32,000 nucleotides of DNA from Acaryochloris thomasi RCC1774 (GTDB lineage: Bacteria > Cyanobacteriota > Cyanobacteriia > Thermosynechococcales > Thermosynechococcaceae), in assembly GCF_003231495.1 (NCBI RefSeq), contig NZ_PQWO01000014.1, positions 60,001-92,000 on the forward strand, written 5' to 3'. The translations under genes were made by a program, and so were the position numbers. The notes beneath the pieces are model-generated. The model ran no database searches and was not told where the DNA came from. It saw nothing but the letters and a program-made list of their open reading frames with translations. This document shows positions 1 to 11,053 of this stretch, piece by piece (positions within the stretch are counted from its first letter, which is position 1; every line of letters begins with the position of its first letter).

Positions 1-1
1 C

Positions 2-2908
2 AAGCTACCTGCCATTGAGATGGCTGAAGACCGCAGGCTGTTTAAAGAGGCGATGGAGCGCGTCAACTTGGGCGTCTGTCCGTCAGGTCTGGCAGAGACT
101 ATGGCCGAGGCGAAAGAGATTGCCCAGCAGATTGGCACCTATCCGCTGATTGTGCGTCCGGCTTATACCCTGGGTGGGACGGGGGGGGGGATTGCCTATA
201 ACCAAGAAGAATATGAGGTGATTGCTCAATCAGGACTTGACGCTAGCCCTGTATCACAGATCCTCGTCGAGAAATCTCTAATTGGCTGGAAGGAGTATGA
301 GCTAGAGGTCATGCGGGATCTCGCGGACAATGTCGTGATCATTTGTTCGATTGAAAATATTGACCCGATGGGCATTCATACAGGGGACTCGATTACGGTG
401 GCTCCCGCCCAAACACTCACGGATAAGGAATACCAGCGGTTGCGAGATGCCTCAATCAAGATCATTCGTGAAATTGGGGTTGAAACGGGCGGCTCTAATA
501 TCCAGTTTGCCGTTAATCCTGATAATGGCCAAGTCGTTGTTATTGAGATGAACCCTCGGGTGTCTCGCTCTTCAGCGCTGGCATCAAAGGCAACGGGGTT
601 CCCGATCGCAAAGTTTGCGGCCAAGTTAGCAGTGGGCTACACCCTCAACGAAATCCCCAACGATATTACTGAAAAGACGCCAGCTAGTTTTGAACCCACC
701 ATTGACTACGTGGTCACGAAGATCCCTCGGTTTGCCTTCGAGAAGTTCCCGGGGTCTCAGGCTGTGCTGACCACCCAGATGAAGTCGGTGGGCGAGGCGA
801 TGGCAATTGGCCGCACCTTCCAAGAGTCGTTTCAAAAGGCCTTGCGCTCTTTAGAAACAGGACGGTTTGGCTGGGGGTGTGACGGTCAAGATTCCACCAA
901 CGGACGTAAGGATATGCTTCCTAGTCTGGAGCAAATTCGCGGCGGTCTACGAACCCCCAACCCAGAGCGCATCTATACGGTTCGTCATGCCCTTCTGATG
1001 AAAATGTCAGTGGAGGAAATCTATGAGATTACGGGTATTGATCCTTGGTTTCTATGGCAGTTTCAAGATTTACTCAGCACCTCAAAGCTTCTCAAAAGGA
1101 CTCCTTTAGAGGAGCTGAATACAGAGCAACTGTGGCAGATTAAGCGTCAGGGATTTAGCGACTACCAAATTGCCTACGCTACGCGAACCACTGAGGATCA
1201 GGTGCGAGAGCATCGGAAGGGTATGGGGGTTGTGCCTGCCTATAAAACAGTAGACACCTGCGCGGCAGAATTTGAGGCCTATACTCCTTATTACTATTCC
1301 ACCTACGAATATGAATCTGAGGTGCTGCCTTCAGATCGACGGAAGGTGATGATTCTGGGGTCTGGTCCGAATCGTATTGGTCAAGGTATTGAGTTTGACT
1401 ACTGCTGCTGTCATGCTTCCTATGCGCTACGGGATGATGGATTTGAGACCATTATGGTGAACTCCAATCCCGAAACGGTTTCAACGGATTATGACACTAG
1501 CGATCGCCTTTACTTCGAGCCACTGACCAAAGAAGACGTGCTCAATATCATCGAAGCGGAACAGCCTGAAGGGATCATTATTCAGTTCGGGGGTCAGACG
1601 CCGCTGAAGCTGGCGGTGCCGTTGCAAGAGTATTTGCAAGATCACCCGGCCACTAAAATCTGGGGCACCTCTCCCGACTCGATCGATATGGCTGAAGATC
1701 GGGAGCGGTTTGAGCAGGCTTTGCGGGAGCTAGAGATTCCCCAGCCCGACAATGGCATGGCCCGCAGCAGTCGAGAAGCAAAGAAAATTGCCCAGCGGAT
1801 TGAGTATCCGGTGGTGGTGCGCCCTAGCTATGTATTGGGCGGGCGAGCTATGGAGATTGTCTACTCTGATGCAGAGTTAGAGCACTACATGACCTATGCG
1901 GTGCAGGTGGAGCCAGATCACCCGATTTTGATCGATAAGTTCTTAGAAAATGCGATTGAAATTGATGTAGATGCGATCGCAGATCACCACGGCAATGTCG
2001 TCATCGGCGGCATCATGGAACACATTGAGGAAGCGGGAATTCACTCCGGTGATTCCGCCTGTTCTATCCCAACAATTTCTCTCAGTGACGAAGCCCTTAA
2101 CACTATTCGTACCTGGACGATCAAGCTAGCCCAAAAGCTCAAGGTTGTGGGCCTGATGAACCTACAGATTGCGATCAAGGGAGAGCAGCTTTACATCATC
2201 GAAGCTAATCCTCGGGCGTCGCGCACTGTGCCCTTTGTCTCTAAAGCAATTGGCCGACCGCTAGCTCAGATTGCCTCTCGACTGATGGCAGGGCAAACGC
2301 TAGCGGAGTTGGGGATCACCTCAGAGCGTATCCCTGAATATATCTCGGTCAAAGAAGCCGTACTGCCGTTTGCCAAGTTTCCGGGCACCGACACCATCCT
2401 GGGACCAGAAATGCGGTCTACAGGCGAAGCAATGGGGATGGATCGAGAGTTTGGTAAGGCCTACGCGAAGTCACAGCTCTCTGCGAATCAGACGATGCCT
2501 CTCGAGGGAACGGTGTTTGTTTCGATGAGCGATCGCGATAAACAAGCCGTGGTTCCCATCGTTAAAGAACTGATTAGCCTTGGATTCAAAGTGGTCGCGA
2601 CTTCAGGAACGCAGCAGGTACTGCAGGCCCACGATATTGAGGTTGAGCAGGTTTACAAGCTCCATGAAGGCCGTCCCCATGTGCTGGACTGGATTAAAAA
2701 TCAGCAGGTCCAACTGATTTTGAATACGCCGACCGGCAGCGAAGCCCACGTTGATGGTCGTAAAATCCGGCGAGCAGCATTGACCTATAAGGTACCGATT
2801 GTCACAACAATCTCAGGCGCGAGAGCAACCGCTGCGGCGATTCGGGCGCTGCAGTCAGAGCCGATGGACGTCAAAGCACTCCAGGACTACCACGCTAGCT
2901 TTGCTTAG
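2..2908 (+). CDS. carB: Carbamoyl-phosphate synthase large subunit, 5' end outside the window
   Basis: The frame is open from nt 2 (KLPAIE precedes the first Met at 20), so the true start lies upstream. Two ATP-grasp halves are present ([16 protein letters not shown] and [17 protein letters not shown], each with an IEMNPR/IEANPR motif). A C-terminal MGS-like domain is also present ([10 protein letters not shown]...ATSGT). Confidence 0.95.
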   Translation, partial: KLPAIEMAEDRRLFKEAMERVNLGVCPSGLAETMAEAKEIAQQIGTYPLIVRPAYTLGGTGGGIAYNQEEYEVIAQSGLDASPVSQILVEKSLIGWKEYELEVMRDLADNVVIICSIENIDPMGIHTGDSITVAPAQTLTDKEYQRLRDASIKIIREIGVETGGSNIQFAVNPDNGQVVVIEMNPRVSRSSALASKATGFPIAKFAAKLAVGYTLNEIPNDITEKTPASFEPTIDYVVTKIPRFAFEKFPGSQAVLTTQMKSVGEAMAIGRTFQESFQKALRSLETGRFGWGCDGQDSTNGRKDMLPSLEQIRGGLRTPNPERIYTVRHALLMKMSVEEIYEITGIDPWFLWQFQDLLSTSKLLKRTPLEELNTEQLWQIKRQGFSDYQIAYATRTTEDQVREHRKGMGVVPAYKTVDTCAAEFEAYTPYYYSTYEYESEVLPSDRRKVMILGSGPNRIGQGIEFDYCCCHASYALRDDGFETIMVNSNPETVSTDYDTSDRLYFEPLTKEDVLNIIEAEQPEGIIIQFGGQTPLKLAVPLQEYLQDHPATKIWGTSPDSIDMAEDRERFEQALRELEIPQPDNGMARSSREAKKIAQRIEYPVVVRPSYVLGGRAMEIVYSDAELEHYMTYAVQVEPDHPILIDKFLENAIEIDVDAIADHHGNVVIGGIMEHIEEAGIHSGDSACSIPTISLSDEALNTIRTWTIKLAQKLKVVGLMNLQIAIKGEQLYIIEANPRASRTVPFVSKAIGRPLAQIASRLMAGQTLAELGITSERIPEYISVKEAVLPFAKFPGTDTILGPEMRSTGEAMGMDREFGKAYAKSQLSANQTMPLEGTVFVSMSDRDKQAVVPIVKELISLGFKVVATSGTQQVLQAHDIEVEQVYKLHEGRPHVLDWIKNQQVQLILNTPTGSEAHVDGRKIRRAALTYKVPIVTTISGARATAAAIRALQSEPMDVKALQDYHASFA
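1500..1507. repeat. HIP1 octamer GCGATCGC, first of 16 dispersed copies
   Basis: Copies start at 1500, 1973, 2529, 4743, 6139, 9761, 13684, 15429, 15672, 19840, 20533, 21850, 22521, 26688, 30448 and 31622. About 0.5 copies would be expected in 32 kb of equiprobable sequence. Confidence 0.9.
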
Positions 2909-2923
2909 GTCATAAGCCTCGCT

Positions 2924-3352
2924 TCACCCGATTTTAGCCATTAGCAAGCTGAAGCCCGGTAATTCTGGGTCACCATTGACTTGACTAGGGTTCTCAATAA
3001 TCTGAGGCGATTGGTGGGGACGATAGATATGAACGGTACGATTTTTACGATCGATTAACCAGCCCAATAAAACGCCATTGCTGATATATTCCTGCATCTT
3101 GGCCTGCAGCTCGCTCAATGTATCGCTGGTGGACCGTAATTCAATAACGCAATCAGGACAAATCGGGGCAAAGGAAGCTTTTTCATTCTCCGTTAGCCGA
3201 TTCCACCGCTCTGATTTAATCCAGGAGGCGTCAGGAGATCGCGTCGCTCCAGAACGAGGCCGTCGACGCGATCTCCAGCTCGTTCTGGTAATGGGTGACC
3301 TCCAACACAATTTTGGAGCGGCATGGTAGAGCGCGGGCACATACCGCAGCAT
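2924..3352 (-). CDS. Uma2-family (DUF820) PD-(D/E)XK endonuclease, N-terminus atypical and probably truncated or frameshifted
   Basis: The C-terminal two thirds read like Uma2: GATRSPDASWIKSERW...FAPICPDCVIELRSTSDT...KMQEYISNGVLLGWLIDRKNRTVHIYRP. The first ~35 residues (Arg/Trp/Pro-rich) resemble nothing in the family, and the ORF is ~50 aa shorter than typical members. Confidence 0.55.
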   Translation of the reverse strand: MLRYVPALYHAAPKLCWRSPITRTSWRSRRRPRSGATRSPDASWIKSERWNRLTENEKASFAPICPDCVIELRSTSDTLSELQAKMQEYISNGVLLGWLIDRKNRTVHIYRPHQSPQIIENPSQVNGDPELPGFSLLMAKIG

Positions 3353-3670
3353 CTAAATTAGGCTGGTTTGATGCCCAAGAAGGTTTGAGAGATCAGGGTT
3401 ATGCTGAAAGAGGCTGGTTTTCTTTCTCGGTCTGGAAAGAGATCGCACAGCAACTGGAAACATCCTCAGCTTTCTCAAGTGATTATGGTGGCCTTTTAAA
3501 GATGGAGATGACGCTCCTCGCTATTTAGAACGCAAAGTATTAAAAGCGCTCAAGCAATTGGAGAATTTGTCAGATGACTCAGACTAGGTATCGAATGGTC
3601 ATTGAATGGGCAGCAGACGATCAATCTCAAGAGCATCACCAATCCTGAGCGTCAACGAGGGATAAGACCT

Positions 3671-4267
3671 ATGTCTCATTCAATTCAGTGCAGTTGCGGC
3701 AAACTCAAAGGCACACTCAACCCCAACGGTGATGTAAATAGATGTGTGTGCTACTGTGCCGATTGCCAAGCCTTTGCTCGTTTTCTCAAAAAAGAGAACG
3801 AAACACTCGATGAAAGGGGAGGAACCACCATCATTCAGACCCTTCCCGCACATGTCGCATTTACCGAAGGTATGGAATACCTGAGCTGTATGTGTCTTAC
3901 GTCGAATGGTTTGCTGCGGTGGTATGCAGCTTGCTGTCATACGCCGATTGGGAATACTCCTCCCAACCTCAATATGTCCTTTGTGGGTTTAATTCATACC
4001 TGCTTGAATTCAGATCAAAGTTCGCTAGATGAAGCGTTTGGATCTGCATGTATGCACGTCAACACCAAACATGCGATCGGGGAAGATAAGCCAAAACCGA
4101 CAGGAGTTTTGTTTGGCACATTCCGTATCCTCGGCATGATGCTCAAAGCTCGCTTTGATGGTAGCTACAAACGTACTCCATTCTTTGTAGTAGGGTCTGG
4201 TACTCCTATATCTATGCCGAAAGTACTGAGTGACCAAGAGCTTGAAGACGTAATGCCTGTTGCATAG
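3671..4267 (+). CDS. Cys-rich DUF6151 / GFA-like zinc-binding protein
   Basis: MSHSIQCSCGKLKGTL...RCVCYCADCQAFARFL carries the CxC...CxCxCxxC pattern of the GFA/CENP-V-like fold. I chose the ATG at 3671 rather than the upstream alternative start at 3602. Confidence 0.55.
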   Translation: MSHSIQCSCGKLKGTLNPNGDVNRCVCYCADCQAFARFLKKENETLDERGGTTIIQTLPAHVAFTEGMEYLSCMCLTSNGLLRWYAACCHTPIGNTPPNLNMSFVGLIHTCLNSDQSSLDEAFGSACMHVNTKHAIGEDKPKPTGVLFGTFRILGMMLKARFDGSYKRTPFFVVGSGTPISMPKVLSDQELEDVMPVA

Positions 4268-4475
4268 CAAGCGTCCGTATATAGACCAGAGCATCTGCAA
4301 TATCTACATCAGGCTGGTTTTGTTCCACAGAGATATGGAGAAATCAGAGTTGTATTGAAAGAGAGTGGAGTTCTTGACCTAGGAAGAGAGCACAGAACAA
4401 CTGAAGATTCGCCCAAGATAAAAGCCGGAAATTCTCTAGAATGGTGAGACTAACCCGTCCATCAGGAGCATTGCT

Positions 4476-7046
4476 GTGGAGTCCCGTTACACCCCCGTTG
4501 AGATTGAAGCCAAGTGGCAAAAAGCCTGGGCCGAACAAAATCTCGACACCACCCCCGATGATTCCAGTAAGCCTAAGTTTTACGCTCTATCGATGTTTCC
4601 TTACCCCTCTGGGAGCCTGCACGTTGGCCATACCCGCAACTATGTAATCACTGATGTGATTGCTCGCCTAAAGCGGATGCAGGGCTATCGGGTTCTACAG
4701 CCAATGGGCTGGGATGCCTTTGGGTTGCCCGCGGAAAATGCTGCGATCGCAAGGAATACCCACCCCGCTACATGGACGTATAAAAACATCACTCAGATGA
4801 AGGAGCAGCTCCGACCCCTGGGGCTGTCCATCGACTGGGACCGAGAACTTGCCACCTGCTCTCCTGACTACTATCGCTGGACTCAGTGGATTTTTCTACA
4901 GTTCCTTGATTCGGGCCTCGCCTATCAAAAAGAAGCCGCCGTCAACTGGGATCCAGTTGATCAGACAGTTCTCGCCAATGAACAGGTGGATAATGAAGGC
5001 CGCTCATGGCGCTCAGGGGCAAAAGTCGAGCGAAAGCTGCTGCGTCAATGGTTCCTCAAGATTACCGACTACGCAGAAGAGCTGCTCGCGGATTTGGACA
5101 AGCTGACGGGCTGGCCAGAACGGGTCAAAACGATGCAGGCTAACTGGATTGGCAAATCCGTTGGAGCCTATCTAGAATTCTCGATTGTGGGCATGGACGA
5201 AAAAGTCGGAGTGTTCACGACCCGTCCCGATACGGTCTATGGCGTGACCTATGTGGTGTTAGCGCCCGAGCATCCCTTAACGCCTCAGGTGACAACGAAG
5301 GAGCGCCAGTCCGCTGTCGAAAAATTTATTGAAGAGGTCTCTAACGAAAGCGAACTAGAGCGAACGGCAGAAGACAAACCCAAGCGTGGTATCCCGACGG
5401 GCGGCAAGGCGATTAATCCCTTCACGGGGGCAGAGATTCCGATCTTAATTGCGGACTATGTTCTCTACGAATACGGGACCGGAGCGGTGATGGGCGTCCC
5501 GGCCCACGACACCCGCGACTTTGTCTTTGCTCAGCAAAATGACTTGCCGATCAAAACTGTGATTATCCCAAAGGGAGGCGATGCTGATGCAGAGTTGACG
5601 GAAGCCTATACAGAGTCTGGAGAGATGGTAAACTCCGACTCCTTTGATGGAACGCCTTCAGTCAAGGGTAAAGAGAAAATCATTGCTAAAGCAGAAAAAG
5701 AGGGGACTGGAAAAGCCCGTGTTCAGTATCGTTTGCGTGACTGGTTGATTTCTCGCCAGCGCTATTGGGGCGTCCCGATCCCTGTGATTCACTGCGATGC
5801 GTGTGGTGCAGTGCCGGTGCCTGAACAAGATTTGCCGGTGGAGCTGCCTGAAGATGTCACTTTCTCTGCCCAAGGCGGATCGCCGCTGGCCAAGCTGGAG
5901 AGCTGGGTGAATGTTCCCTGCCCAACCTGCGGCAAAGACGCCAAGCGGGAAACCGACACGATGGATACTTTTATTGATTCGTCTTGGTATTTTCTCCGCT
6001 ACACCGATGCTAAAAATGATCAGCAGGTGTTCGATCCAGCTAAAGTTAATGACTGGATGCCGGTGGATCAGTATGTCGGTGGAATTGAGCATGCGATTTT
6101 GCACCTGCTTTATTCGAGGTTCTTTACTAAAGTTTTGCGCGATCGCAAACTCCTGAATTTCGATGAACCGTTTCAAAAGCTGCTGACGCAGGGCATGGTG
6201 CAGGCATCGGCGTATAAAAATCCCAAAACCGAGAAATATGTCGCCCCTAGCGATATTGCTGATCTCGATAATCCTCAAGATCCAGAAACGGGAGAATCGC
6301 TGGAGGTCTTCTATGAAAAGATGTCCAAGTCAAAGTACAACGGCGTCCCACCAGAAGAAGTGACGAGCAAGTATGGGGCCGATACCGCTCGCTTGTTTAC
6401 CTTATTTAAGGCACCCCCCGAAAAAGATCTGGAGTGGGAAGGGGCCGACGTCGAAGGTCAGTTCCGCTTTTTGAATCGCGTGTGGCGTTTGGTGCATGAG
6501 TACGCCGACCAGGCTAACCACAAGCAACAGAGCGTTGATGCGGCCAAACTCTCTAAGCCTGAGAAAGAACTTCGGCGAGCTGTTCATACGGCTATTCAAG
6601 AGACCAGCGAAGACCTTGACGGTGACTATCAGTTCAATACTGCTGTTTCAGAGTTGATGAAGCTCAGTAACGCCCTCGGCAATGCTGATGATAAAACCTC
6701 CTCTGTCTACGGAGAAGGGATTAAAACATTGCTACTGCTCTTAGCGCCCTTTGCTCCCCACATTGCCGAAGAACTGTGGCAAATGTTAGGGCACGCAGAC
6801 TCAATTTTGTTTCAGTCTTGGCCGCAAATTGATCAGGAGGCGTTGGTTGCCGATGAGATCACCCTCGTCATTCAGATTATGGGCAAAACCCGAGGCACGA
6901 TTGAGGTACCGGCCAGTTCGACTAAAGCAGAGCTAGAGCAGTATGCCCGTGACTCTGAAGTGGGCCAGCGTTATTTAGAAGGAGAAATGGTCAAAAAAGT
7001 CATCGTAGTACCGGGGAAGCTAATTAACTTTGTAGTGGCGAAATAG
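4476..7046 (+). CDS. leuS: Leucine--tRNA ligase
   Basis: 856 aa with a GTG start. HIGH-type motif ([11 protein letters not shown]), KMSKS motif ([10 protein letters not shown]) and an N-terminus ([15 protein letters not shown]) typical of bacterial LeuS. Confidence 0.95.
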   Translation: MESRYTPVEIEAKWQKAWAEQNLDTTPDDSSKPKFYALSMFPYPSGSLHVGHTRNYVITDVIARLKRMQGYRVLQPMGWDAFGLPAENAAIARNTHPATWTYKNITQMKEQLRPLGLSIDWDRELATCSPDYYRWTQWIFLQFLDSGLAYQKEAAVNWDPVDQTVLANEQVDNEGRSWRSGAKVERKLLRQWFLKITDYAEELLADLDKLTGWPERVKTMQANWIGKSVGAYLEFSIVGMDEKVGVFTTRPDTVYGVTYVVLAPEHPLTPQVTTKERQSAVEKFIEEVSNESELERTAEDKPKRGIPTGGKAINPFTGAEIPILIADYVLYEYGTGAVMGVPAHDTRDFVFAQQNDLPIKTVIIPKGGDADAELTEAYTESGEMVNSDSFDGTPSVKGKEKIIAKAEKEGTGKARVQYRLRDWLISRQRYWGVPIPVIHCDACGAVPVPEQDLPVELPEDVTFSAQGGSPLAKLESWVNVPCPTCGKDAKRETDTMDTFIDSSWYFLRYTDAKNDQQVFDPAKVNDWMPVDQYVGGIEHAILHLLYSRFFTKVLRDRKLLNFDEPFQKLLTQGMVQASAYKNPKTEKYVAPSDIADLDNPQDPETGESLEVFYEKMSKSKYNGVPPEEVTSKYGADTARLFTLFKAPPEKDLEWEGADVEGQFRFLNRVWRLVHEYADQANHKQQSVDAAKLSKPEKELRRAVHTAIQETSEDLDGDYQFNTAVSELMKLSNALGNADDKTSSVYGEGIKTLLLLLAPFAPHIAEELWQMLGHADSILFQSWPQIDQEALVADEITLVIQIMGKTRGTIEVPASSTKAELEQYARDSEVGQRYLEGEMVKKVIVVPGKLINFVVAK

Positions 7047-7510
7047 TCTGAAGATGCGATGGCAGTTAACGTCGCTTCTCTATTAGAGGCAGGCTGTTCG
7101 GAGGTTATCGCAATTCGGCGCAGGGAAAAACAATAAAAGTAATCCTTCGTGGGCCTCTTAAAAAGCCCTGTTACTTGTGTGATCTCGTTCCCTGAGTCAA
7201 CGCGTGAAACAAGACATCCTGCATTTTTCAAAGCATTCTTAATTGATCCAATATTGCCCCTTTCACAAAATGCCTATGCATAAACTAAACTTGTTCTAGT
7301 GCTAAGCTATCAGTTCTCCATCGTGAGACCCGATAGCTTGACTGTGTGGAGAAGCACTGCTTCAGCAGCCTTGTGAGTTTTAGTTACACTCGTTAGGTAG
7401 ACGAACAAGCATATCCGTCATCGCTGTCGGTTCTGAGGCTGCACTGCACGACTGATATTGGGGTGCATTTGAGGTTTAACTTGCTAACAAAACTGTAAGG
7501 GTTCAATTGT

Positions 7511-8596
7511 ATGGGTACCGCTAAAAAATGTCTGTTGACCGGAATTACGGGTCAAGACGGATCCTACCTCAGTGAATTGCTGCTTGAGAAAGGATATGAA
7601 GTCCACGGCATTCTCCGACGCACCTCAACGTTCAACACAGATCGCATCGATCATCTTTATGAAGATCCTCACAGTGAGTCCGCCAAGCTGTTTTTGCACT
7701 ACGGTGACCTCTGCGATGGCACGACCCTACGACGCATCTTAGAAGAAGTACAGCCAACAGAGATCTATAACCTAGGGGCGCAATCCCACGTACGGGTTAG
7801 CTTCGATGCTCCTGAATATACGGTTGATTCTGTTGCGATGGGGACTCTGCGTTTGCTAGAGGCGGTTCGAGACTATCGCCATCGCACTGGCATCGACGTT
7901 CGCTATTACCAGGCTGGCTCTTCTGAGATGTTTGGCAAGGTTCAGGCTGTTCCTCAGTCAGAAACAACCCCCTTTTATCCTCGTAGTCCTTATGCCTGTG
8001 CCAAAGTTTACGGCCATTGGCAAACCATCAATTATCGTGAATCCTACGATATGTTTGCCTGCAACGGCATTCTTTTTAATCATGAGTCTCCTCGTCGAGG
8101 CGAAACCTTTGTGACTCGTAAAATTACGCGGGCCGTGGCGCGCATCGTCGCCGGAAAGCAGGACAAAATTTATATGGGTAACCTCGACTCGAAAAGGGAT
8201 TGGGGCTATGCCAAAGACTACGTCCGGGCTATGTGGCTAATGCTGCAGCAAGATAAGCCTGATGACTACGTGGTGGCAACCGGTGAAACCCACTCCGTTG
8301 AAGAATTTCTAGAAGTTGCCTTTGGCTACGTCAATCTCAACTGGAGCGATTCAGTTGCGTTTGATGAGCGCTACGTACGTCCCGCAGAAGTTGATCTGCT
8401 CATTGGTGATCCCAGCAAGGCGAAAGAAAAGCTAGACTGGCAACCCACAATTTCTTTTAAAGAACTCGTTCACTTAATGGTTGATGCAGACCTAACAGCC
8501 TTAGGCTTGCCTTCACCTGACGGAGAAAAAGTGCAGTCGAAGACAAACGATAGAGCAACTGTTCGAAACGCTAATAGCGTCCATCTGTCTGTCTGA
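7511..8596 (+). CDS. gmd: GDP-mannose 4,6-dehydratase
   Basis: [30 protein letters not shown] Rossmann N-terminus, SSEMFG, YACAKVY and [17 protein letters not shown] are all hallmark Gmd segments. Confidence 0.92.
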   Translation: MGTAKKCLLTGITGQDGSYLSELLLEKGYEVHGILRRTSTFNTDRIDHLYEDPHSESAKLFLHYGDLCDGTTLRRILEEVQPTEIYNLGAQSHVRVSFDAPEYTVDSVAMGTLRLLEAVRDYRHRTGIDVRYYQAGSSEMFGKVQAVPQSETTPFYPRSPYACAKVYGHWQTINYRESYDMFACNGILFNHESPRRGETFVTRKITRAVARIVAGKQDKIYMGNLDSKRDWGYAKDYVRAMWLMLQQDKPDDYVVATGETHSVEEFLEVAFGYVNLNWSDSVAFDERYVRPAEVDLLIGDPSKAKEKLDWQPTISFKELVHLMVDADLTALGLPSPDGEKVQSKTNDRATVRNANSVHLSV

Positions 8597-8694
8597 GCAC
8601 TAATGGGAGCGGGGGGGACGGCCATTCGTGTATTGCCCTCCCTTTCTGTGTGGATAGATCTTGGATCATTGAACGTTCGTAACCTAATAAAGAG

Positions 8695-9642
8695 ATGGAT
8701 AAGACCGCCAAGATTTATGTTGCAGGTCATCGAGGCCTTGTCGGGAGCGCCGTCCTGCGAGCTTTGCAGGCTCAAGGATATACAAATTTGGTGATGGCAA
8801 CCCATCAAGAGGTTGACCTCACTCGCCAAGAAGCGGTAGAGGCTTTCTTTGCCCAACACCAGCCCGACCACGTGATTCTTTCCGCCGCCAAAGTGGGTGG
8901 AATTCAGGCGAACAATACCTATCGGGGCGAGTTTCTTTACGACAACTTGATGATTGAGGCGAATGTGATTCATAGTGCCTATCAACATGGGGTAAAGAAG
9001 CTGCTGTTCTTAGGCTCTTCCTGTATTTATCCTAAGCTTTGCCCTCAGCCCATGTCAGAGGATGCCCTGCTAACGGGACCGTTAGAGCCAACCAATGAGC
9101 CTTACGCCATTGCTAAGATTGCGGGCCTAAAGCTGTGCGAAAACTATTCCCGTCAATATGGCGTCAACTATATTTCAGCGATGCCCACTAATCTCTATGG
9201 CATCAACGATAACTTTGACCTTGCCAATTCCCATGTGCTGCCAGCTTTGATGCGAAAGTTCCATGAAGCTAAGCTTGAGGGACAGCCATCGGTCACGGTT
9301 TGGGGAACGGGAACTCCGCTGCGAGAATTCCTTTACGTTGATGATTTAGCCGATGCGCTGCTGTTCTTGATGCACAACTATGATGCTGCTGAGTTCGTCA
9401 ACGTTGGCACCGGTCAGGAAGTTTCGATTAAAGAATTGGCGACAACGATTAAGGCTGTGGTTGGCTTTGAGGGAGAGCTGGTCTTTGATACCGCGAAGCC
9501 AGATGGTACGCCGCGTAAGCTGCAAGATACGTCAAAGCTTGAGGCGCTGGGCTGGAAGGCGAAAACCAGCTTTAAAGAGGGGGTTGAGCAAACCTACCGA
9601 TGGTTTGTCGAAAACTATGAACATATCCGAGGCAAGGAATAG
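8695..9642 (+). CDS. fcl: GDP-L-fucose synthase (GDP-4-keto-6-deoxymannose 3,5-epimerase/4-reductase)
   Basis: [31 protein letters not shown] and NLYGINDNF are SDR-type epimerase/reductase motifs. The gene lies directly downstream of gmd. Confidence 0.9.
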   Translation: MDKTAKIYVAGHRGLVGSAVLRALQAQGYTNLVMATHQEVDLTRQEAVEAFFAQHQPDHVILSAAKVGGIQANNTYRGEFLYDNLMIEANVIHSAYQHGVKKLLFLGSSCIYPKLCPQPMSEDALLTGPLEPTNEPYAIAKIAGLKLCENYSRQYGVNYISAMPTNLYGINDNFDLANSHVLPALMRKFHEAKLEGQPSVTVWGTGTPLREFLYVDDLADALLFLMHNYDAAEFVNVGTGQEVSIKELATTIKAVVGFEGELVFDTAKPDGTPRKLQDTSKLEALGWKAKTSFKEGVEQTYRWFVENYEHIRGKE

Positions 9643-9736
9643 CGTAAGTCTTTCACGAGGGGCAACAGAACCTCAAAAAGCCGTCATGTGAACAGACCAG
9701 TTGCAGCTACCCATCGACTGTCTCTGAGGATTCTTC

Positions 9737-10630
9737 ATGCAAGGTTCATACATCGATAGTGCGATCGCAACCCTTCGAGGACGGAGGCGGCAGGAACATA
9801 GTCTCAAATCAGAACAGATGAAGTTGCTACAGACTCAAGCTGGAACACTTCGCGTCCTTGATACGGGCGGCAGCAAACAACCCTTGATCATGGTGCCTGA
9901 TGGACCTTGTGTCCTTGAACATTACGCAGACTTGATTGATCTGCTGTCACCAGACTTTCGCGTGGTTTGCTTTGATTTACCCGGCTTTGGGTTTTCATAT
10001 CCAGCATTCGGCTTCGATTTCAGCATTTCTAAAATGGCCGATACTGTGGTGGAAGTCATGGATTTGCTGCAAATTCCTAGCGCTGTGCTGGCATTTACCT
10101 GTGCCAATGGCTTCTTTGCCCTCTATGTCGCCAAGCATCACCCCGAGCGCGTTTCCCATTTAGTGCTTGGGCAAACTCCGTCTTTTCAAGCTATGCGCCA
10201 ATGGGATGATCAGATTATTCCCAAAATTCTGCATGTCCCCTATGTTGGGCAGCTAATCATGGCAGGTCTGACTCGTAAGGTTGCAGTGGGTTGGTACGAT
10301 CGCGCCTTGCCGAAACGCAGTGAGCATAGATCTCATTTCGCTCAACAGGCTAATCAAGCACTCGAGTCAGGGGGGTGCTTTTGTCTAGCGAGTTTTGTTC
10401 AAGGTCTTAGCCGAACTCAGGACTCTGAAGTTAGCGGTGTACAAGCCCCCACGCTATTGATTTATGGCAATAAAGATCTCTCTCATCGGCATACCAACTT
10501 TTCGTCTTTACGTGATCATGTACCAGCCGCAGACGTCACTAGCTTTAAGGGGTGCGGACATTTCCCCGATCTTGAACGTCCGCAGGAATATGCAAAACAG
10601 ATAAAGCAGTTCGTCCATGTCGCAACATAA
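9737..10630 (+). CDS. Alpha/beta-fold hydrolase
   Basis: LIMVPDGP...FDLPGFGFS, a nucleophile-elbow-like FTCANG, and C-terminal GCGHFPDLERPQEY. GAGGA lies 6 nt upstream of the ATG at 9737. Same strand as gmd-fcl. Confidence 0.7.
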   Translation: MQGSYIDSAIATLRGRRRQEHSLKSEQMKLLQTQAGTLRVLDTGGSKQPLIMVPDGPCVLEHYADLIDLLSPDFRVVCFDLPGFGFSYPAFGFDFSISKMADTVVEVMDLLQIPSAVLAFTCANGFFALYVAKHHPERVSHLVLGQTPSFQAMRQWDDQIIPKILHVPYVGQLIMAGLTRKVAVGWYDRALPKRSEHRSHFAQQANQALESGGCFCLASFVQGLSRTQDSEVSGVQAPTLLIYGNKDLSHRHTNFSSLRDHVPAADVTSFKGCGHFPDLERPQEYAKQIKQFVHVAT

Positions 10631-10674
10631 TAGACACATTAGAGCTTAATGCCTCATTGCTCAGCTATCAGATT

Positions 10675-10703
10675 TTTGGGGCCGTCTGTGCCAAAGATAT
10701 AAT
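10675..10703 (+). promoter_or_regulatory. Candidate sigma70-type promoter for mntA/hepT
   Basis: A perfect TATAAT sits at 10698-10703, 45 nt upstream of the mntA ATG. Only a weak TTGggg-like -35 lies 16 nt upstream. Confidence 0.25.
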
Positions 10704-10747
10704 GGACTTAGGCTTCAAAAGTAAGACAATGGCCTTAATCAGCCATA

Positions 10748-11050
10748 ATGCATTCACTTACAAAGATTTCGGTTCCTTCCGAGAAAATCGAAGGTTTCTG
10801 TCAGCGGTGGCATATTACTGAGCTGGCATTTTTTGGCTCTGTCCTGCGAGATGATTTTCGCCATGATAGTGACATTGACGTAATGGTGGAATTTCATCCA
10901 GAAGCTCACCCCACATGCAGCACCCTCGACCAAATGGAAACAGAGCTTAAAACTATCTTTGCCCGAGACATCTACCTAATCACTCGTCAAGGGATTACCA
11001 CCAGTCGCAAACACTTACGTTGTCACGCAACCTTTCCTCCGCCCAGGTGA
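10748..11050 (+). CDS. mntA: MntA-type nucleotidyltransferase antitoxin, C-terminal tail apparently frameshifted
   Basis: FGSVLRDDFRHDSDIDVMVEF is the GS...DxD minimal nucleotidyltransferase motif. The annotated frame ends ...TSRKHLRCHATFPPPR*. The adjacent frame reads ...SRNLSSAQVTYA, which is the usual family ending. Confidence 0.75.
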   Translation: MHSLTKISVPSEKIEGFCQRWHITELAFFGSVLRDDFRHDSDIDVMVEFHPEAHPTCSTLDQMETELKTIFARDIYLITRQGITTSRKHLRCHATFPPPR

Positions 11051-11053
11051 CTT

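Noticed and set aside
181-190. G10 homopolymer inside carB, considered as a slippage or phase-variation tract.
   Set aside because: It is in frame and encodes the conserved Gly-rich loop (LGGTGGGIA) of the ATP-grasp domain. carB is an essential biosynthetic gene and an implausible phase-variable locus. The tract is worth remembering only as a sequencing-error-prone site.
3295-3528. 77-aa + strand ORF overlapping the start of the Uma2 ORF.
   Set aside because: It has no family resemblance and no SD, and it overlaps another ORF. It is more likely part of degraded sequence (see the relic finding).
5658-6278. 206-aa minus-strand ORF inside leuS. Similar long antisense ORFs occur at 18993-19601 (+, inside dnaE-N), 23346-23915 (+, inside glpD), 8470-8988 (-, across gmd/fcl), 25392-25802 (-) and 25381-25713 (+) within ggpS, and 376-835 (-) inside carB.
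   Set aside because: Each lies entirely within, and antisense or out of frame to, a gene with unambiguous family motifs. Their translations are Arg/Ser/Pro-rich with no recognisable motifs, which is typical of shadow ORFs in moderately GC-rich coding DNA.
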